From NCBI GenBank assembly GCA_964640155.1, contig CAZXEQ010000004.1:60001-92000 (forward strand): DNA of 32,000 bases, written 5' to 3'. The DNA is from an uncultured bacterium. Its GTDB lineage: Bacteria; Auribacterota; JACPWU01. Below, piece after piece: positions 18,879 through 27,182 of this stretch. The notes under the pieces are model-generated. The model was not told the DNA's origin and searched no databases. It saw only the letters and a list, made by a program, of their open reading frames with translations. The translations under genes were made by a program, and so were the position numbers. Positions within the stretch are counted from its first letter, which is position 1; each line of letters begins with the position of its first letter.

Positions 18879-19385
18879 ATGAAAATGGGGAAGAAGAAAA
18901 AAGGATTTACATTGATTGAGCTGCTCGTCGTCATTGCGATTATCGCAATTTTGGCAAGTATGCTCTTACCTGCATTGGCAAAAGCACGTCGTCGTGCTGC
19001 ACAAACCAAGTGCTTGAATAACCTTAAGCAGCTTGGAACAGCAATGCATACCTACTCCATTGACTTTAACGAGAAGTTCCCAACAGGCCAAGCCAGTGGA
19101 AAAGCTTCTCTTCAGGTCATGAAGGGTAACTATTTACAGGATAATAATGCATACGTATGTCCTTCAGATACTGCTGTTGCAGGAGCTGGATTGGGAGATA
19201 CGACTACCAGCTTTTTCTATGCTGATGCTTTGACAGAAAATAGTCCTGCGGATTCTGAACTCGCAGTTGATGATGCAGCCACTCACGATGCACCTCGGTC
19301 TTACAATATACTTTTTGTGGATGGACATGCTGACTCAAGAGCAGCGGCACCTTCAGGAACGGCTGGAGAACGTCCAGTAGACTAA
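18879..19385 (+). CDS. Type IV pilin / pseudopilin-like protein with prepilin N-terminal cleavage-methylation motif and C-terminal DGH motif (copy 2)
   Basis: MKMGKKKKG|[24 protein letters not shown]. The C-terminus reads [17 protein letters not shown]. It has a strong AGGAGG SD 5 nt upstream and aligns with copy 1 without gaps. Confidence 0.88.
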   Translation: MKMGKKKKGFTLIELLVVIAIIAILASMLLPALAKARRRAAQTKCLNNLKQLGTAMHTYSIDFNEKFPTGQASGKASLQVMKGNYLQDNNAYVCPSDTAVAGAGLGDTTTSFFYADALTENSPADSELAVDDAATHDAPRSYNILFVDGHADSRAAAPSGTAGERPVD

Positions 19386-19409
19386 CGTTGTTTTTTATCT
19401 CGCGTGTGG

Positions 19410-19443
19410 AAAAACAGGGCATCTCAGGATGCCCTGTTTTTTT
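19410..19443 (+). terminator. Intrinsic terminator after pilin-like gene 2
   Basis: AAAAACAGGGCATC-tcag-GATGCCCTGTTTTTTT has a perfect 9-bp GC-rich stem, extendable by A/T pairs, followed by 7 T. Confidence 0.85.
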
Positions 19444-19485
19444 GTTCATGTTCAAACGCCAAAGGACTAAAATAAAGTCCAATCA

Positions 19486-21234
19486 ATGAAAAATACTCTT
19501 TCCTATAGATCTTTTAACTGGCTTGGGCTTTTCTTGTTTGGGACACTCCCAATTGCCTATTCCACATTTTCGTATCATCCTGCCCAAGTTAAAAATTTAA
19601 TTCTTGGAATTTTTCTTTCTTTTATTTTTCTCATATTTTTATTTCGTTTTTACCATTATGAATGGCAGCTTCGCTCTGATCGAATCATTTTTATTGGTAT
19701 CATTTTCTATATATTCATTAGCATAGTCTCGATTTTTACTACTCCACCACAAACCAATCTTCACATAAAATATATTTCAGAATTAACTTCCGTTCTTTTT
19801 TGTTTTATTTTTTATGCTTTATTAGCCAGAAATATAAAAAGGGAATACTTTTCTAGAATTTCTGGAATTGCAGGATTTATAACACTTAGCATAGGGTTTT
19901 ATACTGTTTTAACTCAGCATATTAAACCTGTATCGACTTTTGGAAACCCCAATTTTTTTGGTGCTTATCTTGTTTGCATCTTTCCTGTTCTTTGGCTTCT
20001 CTTAAAAGACTCTTCAAAACCATTTAAAATACTAGGGATACTTAATTTAATTATTCTAGGAGTCAATATTTTTTGGATTCGTTCATGGGCAGTTTGGTTA
20101 TCGCTTTCTTTTAGTATTCCAATTATTTTTCTTTGTTTTTCTAAGAATAAAAAAAATGTTTTCAGTACGACATTCGCTTTAGCTCTAATCTTTTTTTTTA
20201 TCTTTAGAATTCCTTTCATTCAAGAATCGCTTGTTCATCAAATCGCAAATGATGTTCGTCCCTTTATTTGGAAAGGAAGTTTGGTCTTAATTCAAGACCA
20301 TTTTTACTTAGGATGTGGGGTAGGGCAGTTTCTTGTCTTTTATCCACAATACCGCCCCCCTGATTACTTTACTCACCCTCTCAGCGTAGATACAACAGAC
20401 CATGCCCACTGTGAATTGATCGAAATTTTTTCAGAAACTGGATTGATTGGAATGATTTCCTTTTTAGTTTTATTGGGCGCTATCATCTTTTTTACCCTAA
20501 AAGCTATCAGTAAAAATCCCAAACAAAATAGAACAGCTTCCCTTGCTTACTTAATAGGGGCTTTGGCATTATTCTTCGAAAACTTATTTGATGTCAACTT
20601 ACGCTATATTTCTTCAAAATTTATTTTTTGGTCTTTTTTAGGCTTGGCTTACGGTTTAGCCACTCAACCACATGGACAAAATAAATCAAATACAAAAAAA
20701 TTACCTTTATCCATCATATTGCTCATAACAATTATTGTGTTTTACGGTTGGGGATGGATCTCTTTAAGGGGATGGCTGGGGGATTATTACTTTAAAAAGG
20801 CTGTAGTTGAACGAAATAACCAAAACTACGCATCAGCAATTCAATTTTACAAGAGATCTCTTCTATTTGAACCTAAAGAGTTAGAAGTATTATATCGCCA
20901 GGCCTATCTATATGCATTGATGGGGGAAAACACAAAAGCGGCTCAAACATATGAAAAAGTGCTTACACTTGCTCCTCTTTATTCTTCAGCTCATGGAAAT
21001 CTTGGAACGCTCAAAGCTCGCTTAGGGGAGTTGGATAAGGCTTATGAACATCTTATGATTCAATATCAACTCAACCCTTATGAACCTGATCGAATAGCAA
21101 CTTTAGCTTCTGTTCTTTTACGTATGGAGAAAATTGAAGAGGCAAGAAAGTATCTTCGCAAAGCACTTCTACTAAATCCTGAGCACGAATTTGCAAAAAA
21201 AGCTCTTTCTGAGCTTACTTCAAGTAAAGATTAA
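19486..21234 (+). CDS. Wzy_C-domain (O-antigen ligase / O-oligosaccharyltransferase-like) polytopic membrane protein with C-terminal TPR repeats
   Basis: About 12 hydrophobic segments. The large-loop motif RPFIWKGS...GCGVGQF...TDHAHCELIEIFSETGLIG is a WaaL/PglL-type HxH..L....E.G..G signature. The last 150 aa or so form about 4 TPR-like repeats (AIQFYKRSLLFEP, AAQTYEKVLTLAP, AYEHLMIQYQLNP, ARKYLRKALLLNP). Confidence 0.8.
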   Translation: MKNTLSYRSFNWLGLFLFGTLPIAYSTFSYHPAQVKNLILGIFLSFIFLIFLFRFYHYEWQLRSDRIIFIGIIFYIFISIVSIFTTPPQTNLHIKYISELTSVLFCFIFYALLARNIKREYFSRISGIAGFITLSIGFYTVLTQHIKPVSTFGNPNFFGAYLVCIFPVLWLLLKDSSKPFKILGILNLIILGVNIFWIRSWAVWLSLSFSIPIIFLCFSKNKKNVFSTTFALALIFFFIFRIPFIQESLVHQIANDVRPFIWKGSLVLIQDHFYLGCGVGQFLVFYPQYRPPDYFTHPLSVDTTDHAHCELIEIFSETGLIGMISFLVLLGAIIFFTLKAISKNPKQNRTASLAYLIGALALFFENLFDVNLRYISSKFIFWSFLGLAYGLATQPHGQNKSNTKKLPLSIILLITIIVFYGWGWISLRGWLGDYYFKKAVVERNNQNYASAIQFYKRSLLFEPKELEVLYRQAYLYALMGENTKAAQTYEKVLTLAPLYSSAHGNLGTLKARLGELDKAYEHLMIQYQLNPYEPDRIATLASVLLRMEKIEEARKYLRKALLLNPEHEFAKKALSELTSSKD

Positions 21235-21364
21235 ATCCTACAACAATCTTTCATAAATCCCGCGGTCATCTCTTTCATAAAAGATATATTTGTTTAATGT
21301 ATAACCACACCTCATCAAGAAATTCAATTCCTGTGAGATAAATTAAAATGAAAGGAATAAAAAG

Positions 21365-21403
21365 AAACATGCGGATTTTGAAAAAATCAAAATCCGCATG
21401 TTT
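21365..21403 (-). terminator. Intrinsic terminator in the convergent intergenic region (17-bp perfect stem)
   Basis: AAACATGCGGATTTTGA-aaaaa-TCAAAATCCGCATGTTT. On the - strand it is followed by CTTTTTATT, directly after the stop of the 21414..22013 gene. It may also stop the + strand Wzy_C transcript. Confidence 0.8.
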
Positions 21404-21413
21404 GAAAGACAGA

Positions 21414-22013
21414 TTACTTATTTGCTGGAGTAGCTGGTGCTGCTGGTTTTGCTTCTGCTGCAGGAGCCGCTGGGGCTTCAACTTTGGGAAGCTCTGGTTG
21501 CTTTGTAATGCTGATGATGGTTTTATTGATAATAGAACCATCTTTCCAGTTTAAACCTTTGTCCATGACGCTAACCATTGGCATGCTGGGTTTGTTGAAA
21601 AGAGCAAGCTTCACTTTTCCATCAAACTTAGCAGGATCCAAATTAGCATTGAAGAACTTCGCAGAGGTAACAGCATCTTTAATGTTTACTTCTTGAGAAA
21701 TTGCAAAACCATTTGGATCAAGAGGAGAAGGGCTTTCAGGATTAAATGCCGCAGCCTTCATTCCAAATTTTCCTTCGTAGAAAGCAAGAACTTTGTCATA
21801 ACTATCAGATGTAACATAGACGCCCTGTTCAAATTTGATACGATTTTCAGCAGGAAGCCCTTCTTGCATCTTATCTGCACTTTCCCTAGCTAAATCGGTC
21901 AAAGTAGCATCAGCAGAAGCGCCCTTGTATACTTCAACACCAAACTTTTCTTCGGCATGAGCCTGAAGTCCAATCAAAAGCATTGCTAAAACAAGATAAC
22001 TTTTTAAACTCAT
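21414..22013 (-). CDS. Secreted hypothetical protein with Sec signal peptide and Ala/Pro-rich C-terminal tail
   Basis: MSLKSYLVLAMLLIGLQAHA|EEK looks like a signal peptidase I site with no lipobox Cys. The C-terminal tail is PKVEAPAAPAAEAKPAAPATPANK. It has an AAGGAGG SD 7 nt upstream. I recognise no family. Confidence 0.75.
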   Translation of the reverse strand: MSLKSYLVLAMLLIGLQAHAEEKFGVEVYKGASADATLTDLARESADKMQEGLPAENRIKFEQGVYVTSDSYDKVLAFYEGKFGMKAAAFNPESPSPLDPNGFAISQEVNIKDAVTSAKFFNANLDPAKFDGKVKLALFNKPSMPMVSVMDKGLNWKDGSIINKTIISITKQPELPKVEAPAAPAAEAKPAAPATPANK

Positions 22014-22043
22014 TGTGTATCCTCCTTAAAGTTTTCGGCTTAA

Positions 22044-22072
22044 AGTATAAGTAAAGCCTTTTGTAATTGCAA
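22044..22072 (-). promoter_or_regulatory. Sigma-70 promoter for the secreted-protein gene (TTGCAA-N17-TATACT on the - strand)
   Basis: On the - strand, TTGCAA (22072-22067) is followed by a 17-nt spacer and TATACT (22049-22044), about 30 nt upstream of the SD and ATG. Confidence 0.6.
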
Positions 22073-22111
22073 GAAAAATAGAAATTCTAAAGAAAAAATG
22101 AGTGTTTGTGA

Positions 22112-22140
22112 TTGTTGGAGGGGGATAGAAGTGCTAAAAT
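22112..22140 (+). promoter_or_regulatory. Candidate sigma-70 promoter of the his-trp operon (TTGTTG-N17-TAAAAT with TGn extension)
   Basis: TTGTTG at 22112-22117 and TGCTAAAAT at 22132-22140. The hisD ATG at 22167 is preceded by AGAGGA. Confidence 0.45.
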
Positions 22141-22166
22141 GTTTACCTTAATTTTTTAGAGGATTT

Positions 22167-23441
22167 ATGAAGGTTCTTACTAACGAAGAGTTTAAGAAAA
22201 ATTTGAAAGAGTTTGACCGTGCTTTCATTTCCATTGAAGTGGAAGAAAAGGTTGCACATATTCTTTCTGATATTCGTCAATTTGGAGATAAAGCTCTTTT
22301 ACGCTATGGAGCTCAATTTGATCATGTGGAGCTTACAGCACAGGCCTTAGAAGTTTCTAAAGAAGAAATAAAACAAGCTTTGAAGGTTGTTTCAAAATCA
22401 TTGCAAAATGCAATTTTGGTTATGATTCAAAATGTCCGACGCTATCAAAAAGATCTTTTGTATAAGGATTGGATTAAGTCTTATGGGGCTGTCAAACTTG
22501 GATCTTTGGTAAGGCCTTTAAATCGTGTAGGAGTTTATGTTCCTGGGGGGACTGCGCCTCTGGTTTCAACGGTTGTAATGACAGTGATTCCTGCAAAAGT
22601 TGCGGGTGTTAAAGAAATAATTGTAGTAACGCCTCCAAATCGAGAAGGGAAAATTCATCCTGCAATTTTAGCTGCATGCTCACTTGCGGGTGTGACTCGG
22701 GTTTTTAAGTTAGGAGGGGCTCAAGCAATTGCTGCAATGGCTTTTGGAACAGAGACTATCCCCAAGGTGGATAAAATTGCAGGTCCTGGAAATATTTATG
22801 TAGCCAGTGCTAAGCGACAGGTCTACGGATTTGTTGGGATTGATATGGTGGCGGGGCCTAGTGAAGTTTTGATTATTGCTGATGATTCGGCAAATCCAAA
22901 ATTTGTGACAGCAGATCTTTTGGCTCAAGCTGAACATGATGTCATGGCCAGAACTTTTCTTATCACAGACTCAAAATCTTTGATTGAAAAAGTTCAGAAG
23001 GAAATTGAAATTCAACTTAAGAGTTTAAGTCGACAAAATGTAGCTCAAATATCTTTGCAAAATCAGGGTGTCATGGTGCTTGTTAAGAGTTTGGAAGAAG
23101 CGGTGGAGTTAGCAAATCTTGTTGCTCCAGAACATATCGAGCTTTTGTGTAAAAATGCTAAAAAGTTAGTAAAACTGATTAAGAATGCTGGAGCCATTTT
23201 TGTAGGGGCTTCTACACCTGAACCTGTGGGGGATTATGTTGCAGGCCCCAGCCATGTTTTGCCAACGGGGGGAACAGCTCGATTTTTTTCTCCTCTTTCG
23301 GCAAGAGATTTTCTTAAGAGTATGAGTTTTTTGGAATACGACAAAAAAAGTTTAGCCAAGGATTTAAAAGTGATTCAAGAAGTGGCGCAGACAGAAGGAT
23401 TAGATGCGCATCGAAAGTCTGTTGAGGTTCGATTTTTATGA
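22167..23441 (+). CDS. hisD: Histidinol dehydrogenase
   Basis: Contains GGAQAIAAMAFGT, DMVAGPSEVLIIAD, LAQAEHD and APEHIEL. Confidence 0.93.
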   Translation: MKVLTNEEFKKNLKEFDRAFISIEVEEKVAHILSDIRQFGDKALLRYGAQFDHVELTAQALEVSKEEIKQALKVVSKSLQNAILVMIQNVRRYQKDLLYKDWIKSYGAVKLGSLVRPLNRVGVYVPGGTAPLVSTVVMTVIPAKVAGVKEIIVVTPPNREGKIHPAILAACSLAGVTRVFKLGGAQAIAAMAFGTETIPKVDKIAGPGNIYVASAKRQVYGFVGIDMVAGPSEVLIIADDSANPKFVTADLLAQAEHDVMARTFLITDSKSLIEKVQKEIEIQLKSLSRQNVAQISLQNQGVMVLVKSLEEAVELANLVAPEHIELLCKNAKKLVKLIKNAGAIFVGASTPEPVGDYVAGPSHVLPTGGTARFFSPLSARDFLKSMSFLEYDKKSLAKDLKVIQEVAQTEGLDAHRKSVEVRFL

Positions 23442-24499
23442 AATCTAACTTCTTTAGAAAATCCATCGAATTACTTTCAGAATATGTACCGGGTTTTCAG
23501 CCTAAAGAAAAGGGATTTATTAAGTTAAACACCAATGAAAATCCTTATCCACCTTCGTCTAAGGCTTTAGAAATTTTAAAGATAGAGGCCAGTGAAGCCC
23601 TACGACTTTATCCTGATCCGATCTCTGAAACCTTAAGAGAAAAAATAGCCAAAACATATGGATTTAAACCAGATTGGATTTTTGTTGGAAATGGGTCAGA
23701 TGAAATTTTAAATTTAATTGTTCGAGCTTGTTTAGGTAAAGGGGATGAATTATGGGTAACAGATCCCACTTATATCCTCTATGAGGTTCTTGCAAATATG
23801 CAAGAGGCTCGTGTAACGAAATGCTCACTGGACGAAAATTTTGATTTACCCGAACGAATCAATGTTGGCAAAGCAAAATTGGTCATGATTTCTAATCCCA
23901 ATACACCGACAGGGGCTTTTTTTGATAAGTCCAGTCTAAAGACCATTTGTCGTCAAGCCAAGGGGCTGGTCGTGATTGATGAGGCCTATGCAGATTTCTC
24001 TAAAGAAAATTGCTTAGATTTTGTGAAGAAATTTAAAAATGTTGTTGTGACGCGAACAATGTCAAAATCATTTTCTTTAGCAGGTTTACGTTTGGGATGG
24101 GCAATCGCTCGACCTGAAGTGATTCAGGTTCTTATGAAACTAAAAGATTCTTACAATGTGAATCGTTTAAGTCAAAGAGCTGGCTTAGCGGCTATCACTG
24201 ATTTGGCTTCTATGAAAGAGGCTGTAAAGCGTGTGGTTCGTGATAGAGACTTTTTAACTGAGAAACTGATGAAGTTAGGTTTTAAAGTGATTCCATCTCA
24301 ATCTAATTTTCTTTTTGTAAAACATCTAAGTGTAGACGCGTTAAAATTATATCAGGAGCTTTACAAAAGAAAAATTTTGGTTCGACATTTTAATTTGCCC
24401 AAATTGAAGAACTATTTAAGAATCACTATCGGTACACATCAACAAATGGTGCAATTGGTAAAAGCTTTAGAACACATCATTCAAAAGGAACTATCATGA
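23438..24499 (+). CDS. hisC: Histidinol-phosphate aminotransferase
   Basis: Contains LNTNENPYPPS, IDEAYADF and TMSKSFSLAGLRLGW (the PLP lysine). It overlaps the hisD stop by 4 nt. Confidence 0.92.
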   Translation: MKSNFFRKSIELLSEYVPGFQPKEKGFIKLNTNENPYPPSSKALEILKIEASEALRLYPDPISETLREKIAKTYGFKPDWIFVGNGSDEILNLIVRACLGKGDELWVTDPTYILYEVLANMQEARVTKCSLDENFDLPERINVGKAKLVMISNPNTPTGAFFDKSSLKTICRQAKGLVVIDEAYADFSKENCLDFVKKFKNVVVTRTMSKSFSLAGLRLGWAIARPEVIQVLMKLKDSYNVNRLSQRAGLAAITDLASMKEAVKRVVRDRDFLTEKLMKLGFKVIPSQSNFLFVKHLSVDALKLYQELYKRKILVRHFNLPKLKNYLRITIGTHQQMVQLVKALEHIIQKELS

Positions 24500-25080
24500 A
24501 AAGACAAGCGAGCGTTTCTAGAAAGACCAAAGAGACGAGTATTGAAGCAGTCCTGAATTTAGACGGTGCTGGCAATATTAAAGTCAAAACAGGTATGGGC
24601 TTTTTTGATCATATGCTAGAAGCTATGTCGAAACATGCAGGTTTTGATTTGAATTTAAAAGCCAAAGGGGACCTCCACATTGATTTTCATCATACGGTGG
24701 AGGATGTGGGACTTGTTCTTGGAGAAGCCTTAAAAAAAGCGCTGGGAGAAAAACTAGGGATTGAGCGTTTTGGTTTTGGCATGGTTCCCATGGATGAATC
24801 TTTGGCAGAAGTAACCTTGGATTTGAGTGGGAGACCTTATGTTCTTTATCGAGTGAAATCTCAACGTAAAAAAATCAGAGATTTTGATTTAACTGTTTTG
24901 GAAGAATTCTTTAAAGCGATTGCTCAAACAGGTTTGATCACTTTGCATATTCATTTGAGATATGGAGAGAATCCACATCATATTTATGAATCTGTATTTA
25001 AGGCTTTTGGTCGAGCTTTAAAGATGGCCTGTTCTCAAGGCAGGATCAAGGGCGTGCCATCAACGAAGGGAATGCTTTAA
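24496..25080 (+). CDS. hisB: Imidazoleglycerol-phosphate dehydratase
   Basis: Contains RKTKETSI, GFFDHML, IDFHHTVEDVG and NPHHIYESVFKAFGRAL. It is monofunctional, with no phosphatase domain. Confidence 0.93.
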   Translation: MKRQASVSRKTKETSIEAVLNLDGAGNIKVKTGMGFFDHMLEAMSKHAGFDLNLKAKGDLHIDFHHTVEDVGLVLGEALKKALGEKLGIERFGFGMVPMDESLAEVTLDLSGRPYVLYRVKSQRKKIRDFDLTVLEEFFKAIAQTGLITLHIHLRYGENPHHIYESVFKAFGRALKMACSQGRIKGVPSTKGML

Positions 25081-25082
25081 AT

Positions 25083-25691
25083 ATGATCGCAGTTGTAGAT
25101 TATGGAATGGGAAATCTTCGAAGCGTGGAGAAGGCTTTGCAGGCTGTTGGTGCAAAAGTTAAAGTCACTCAAAACGTTCAAGAGATAGACCAAGCAGAAA
25201 AAGTGGTGTTCCCTGGAGTGGGAGCTATGGGAGATTGCATACGCAATCTCAAAACTTTTGGTTTATATGATGCAGTTTCGGCCGCAGCAAAGTCGGGGAA
25301 ACCTTTTTTAGGCATTTGTTTGGGGCTTCAGGCGCTTTTTGAAGAAAGTGATGAAAGTGGAAAAGTTTCAGGTCTTGGAATTCTAGCTGGAAAAGTTGTG
25401 CATTTTAAGAATGGTTTGAAAGTTCCACATATGGGCTGGAATCAAATTTCTTTTTCTAATAAAAAAGAAAAATGTCCCTTGCTTCAAGGCGTTGAAGATG
25501 GAAGTTATGTGTATTTTGTTCACTCTTATTATGGAGTTCCTAAAGAAAAAGATGTGGTCTTAGCTCAAACGGAATATGGCGTTCAGTTTGCATCGATGAT
25601 TTGGAAAGAAAATTTATTTGCTACTCAATTTCATCCAGAAAAAAGTCAAGAAGTTGGATTAAAAATTTTAAAAAATTTTAAAAATCTGTAA
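25083..25691 (+). CDS. hisH: Imidazole glycerol phosphate synthase, glutamine amidotransferase subunit
   Basis: Contains IAVVDYGMGNLRSV, GICLGLQ, PHMGWN and QFHPEKS. Confidence 0.93.
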   Translation: MIAVVDYGMGNLRSVEKALQAVGAKVKVTQNVQEIDQAEKVVFPGVGAMGDCIRNLKTFGLYDAVSAAAKSGKPFLGICLGLQALFEESDESGKVSGLGILAGKVVHFKNGLKVPHMGWNQISFSNKKEKCPLLQGVEDGSYVYFVHSYYGVPKEKDVVLAQTEYGVQFASMIWKENLFATQFHPEKSQEVGLKILKNFKNL

Positions 25692-25715
25692 TTTGTTACA
25701 AGGAGACTTTCAAAG

Positions 25716-26426
25716 ATGTTGGTGATACCTGCAATTGATATTAAAGGTGGAAAATGTGTTCGTTTGACTCAAGGTCAATACGATAAGGAAACGGTGTATG
25801 CCGAGAATCCGTCTCAAGTCGCTTTGCGCTGGCAGAATAAAGGAGCTAAATATTTACACGTCATTGATTTGGATGGAGCTTTGGAAGGAAAAACTATCAA
25901 CTTTAAAGTCATTCAAGAGATGACGATGGACTTAATGATTCCTTTTCAATATGGAGGAGGACTTCGTGATCTTGAAAGTGTTGAAAAAGCACTTTCGCTG
26001 GGTGCAGATCGAGTAATTCTGGGAACAATGGCTTGTGAGTCAGAAGAATTTCTTGAGGAAGCAATGCGTGAATTTAAAAAGCATGTGATTGTCTCCATTG
26101 ACGCAAAAGGTGGATTGGTCGCTGTGAATGGTTGGACAGAAAGTACATCCATGGATGCGGTCGTTCTTGCAAAAAAGATGAAGAAAATGGGAGTCAGTGC
26201 GATTGTTTATACGGACATTATGCAAGATGGAATGCTCAAAGGCCCTAATTTTCAAGCGATTGAACATTTGGCTGATTCTGTGAAAATGCCCATCATTGCA
26301 TCTGGAGGTGTATCAAAAAAAGAAGATATTCAAAGACTCAAAACTCTTGAATATAAGGGTGTTATAGGCGCCATTGTTGGAAAGGCTCTTTACACAGGGG
26401 ATATTAAATTAGAGGAAGTGATTTAA
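25716..26426 (+). CDS. hisA: ProFAR isomerase (1-(5-phosphoribosyl)-5-[(5-phosphoribosylamino)methylideneamino]imidazole-4-carboxamide isomerase)
   Basis: Contains MLVIPAIDIKGGKCVRL, HVIDLDGA, SIDAK and ASGGVS. Confidence 0.92.
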   Translation: MLVIPAIDIKGGKCVRLTQGQYDKETVYAENPSQVALRWQNKGAKYLHVIDLDGALEGKTINFKVIQEMTMDLMIPFQYGGGLRDLESVEKALSLGADRVILGTMACESEEFLEEAMREFKKHVIVSIDAKGGLVAVNGWTESTSMDAVVLAKKMKKMGVSAIVYTDIMQDGMLKGPNFQAIEHLADSVKMPIIASGGVSKKEDIQRLKTLEYKGVIGAIVGKALYTGDIKLEEVI

Positions 26427-26429
26427 GCG

Positions 26430-27182
26430 ATGCTAGCCAAGCGTATTATCCCTTGTCTGGATGTTGATAAAGGACGTGTGGTCAAGGGGGTCAAATTTTT
26501 AGAATTAAAAGATGCAGGAGATCCTGTTCAAACTGCAAAGTATTATGATCAAGAAGGTGCAGATGAGCTGGTATTTCTTGATATTACCGCTTCAGCTGAA
26601 AATCGAAATACGATTCTTCAAGTAGTTGAGAAAACCGCTGCTGAAGTTTTTATGCCTCTGACTGTGGGAGGAGGCATTCAAACTCTTGAAGATATTCGAA
26701 AGCTTTTAAAAGCAGGAGCAGATAAAGTTTCGATCAATACAGCTGCAGTAAAAAATCCTGATTTTATAAGAGAAGCTGCCCAGAAATTTGGAAATCAATG
26801 TATTGTTGTTGCCATTGATGCAAAAAAGAATGGAAAGAGTTGGGAGGTTTTTACTCATGGTGGAAGAAAATCAACTGGACTTGATGTGATTGAATGGGCA
26901 AAACGTGTGGTTGAATTGGGCGCAGGAGAAATTCTTTTAACAAGCATGGATCAAGATGGAACAAAAGAAGGTTATGATCTTGAATTAACAGCAGCTGTTT
27001 CAAACGCTGTTTCTGTTCCTGTGATTGCTTCAGGAGGAGCAGGAAAACTAGATCATTTGTATGACGTTTTAACGAAGGGAAAAGCAGATGCAGTTTTAGC
27101 TGCTTCCATTTTTCATTATCGAGAATGGACAATTGGACAAACGAAACAATTTCTTAAAGGAAAGGGAGTGGTGGTCAGATGA
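26430..27182 (+). CDS. hisF: Imidazole glycerol phosphate synthase, cyclase subunit
   Basis: Contains [43 protein letters not shown] and ASGGAG. Confidence 0.94.
   Translation: MLAKRIIPCLDVDKGRVVKGVKFLELKDAGDPVQTAKYYDQEGADELVFLDITASAENRNTILQVVEKTAAEVFMPLTVGGGIQTLEDIRKLLKAGADKVSINTAAVKNPDFIREAAQKFGNQCIVVAIDAKKNGKSWEVFTHGGRKSTGLDVIEWAKRVVELGAGEILLTSMDQDGTKEGYDLELTAAVSNAVSVPVIASGGAGKLDHLYDVLTKGKADAVLAASIFHYREWTIGQTKQFLKGKGVVVR

Noticed and set aside
21275-21554. The ORFs at 21275..21541 (-) and 21348..21554 (+), with Gln/Leu-rich or Cys/Trp-rich low-complexity translations.
   Set aside because: They are alternative-frame readings of the GCTGCTGG-type repeats that encode the Ala/Pro tail of the 21414..22013 gene. 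They also run across the terminator hairpin, and they have no SD.
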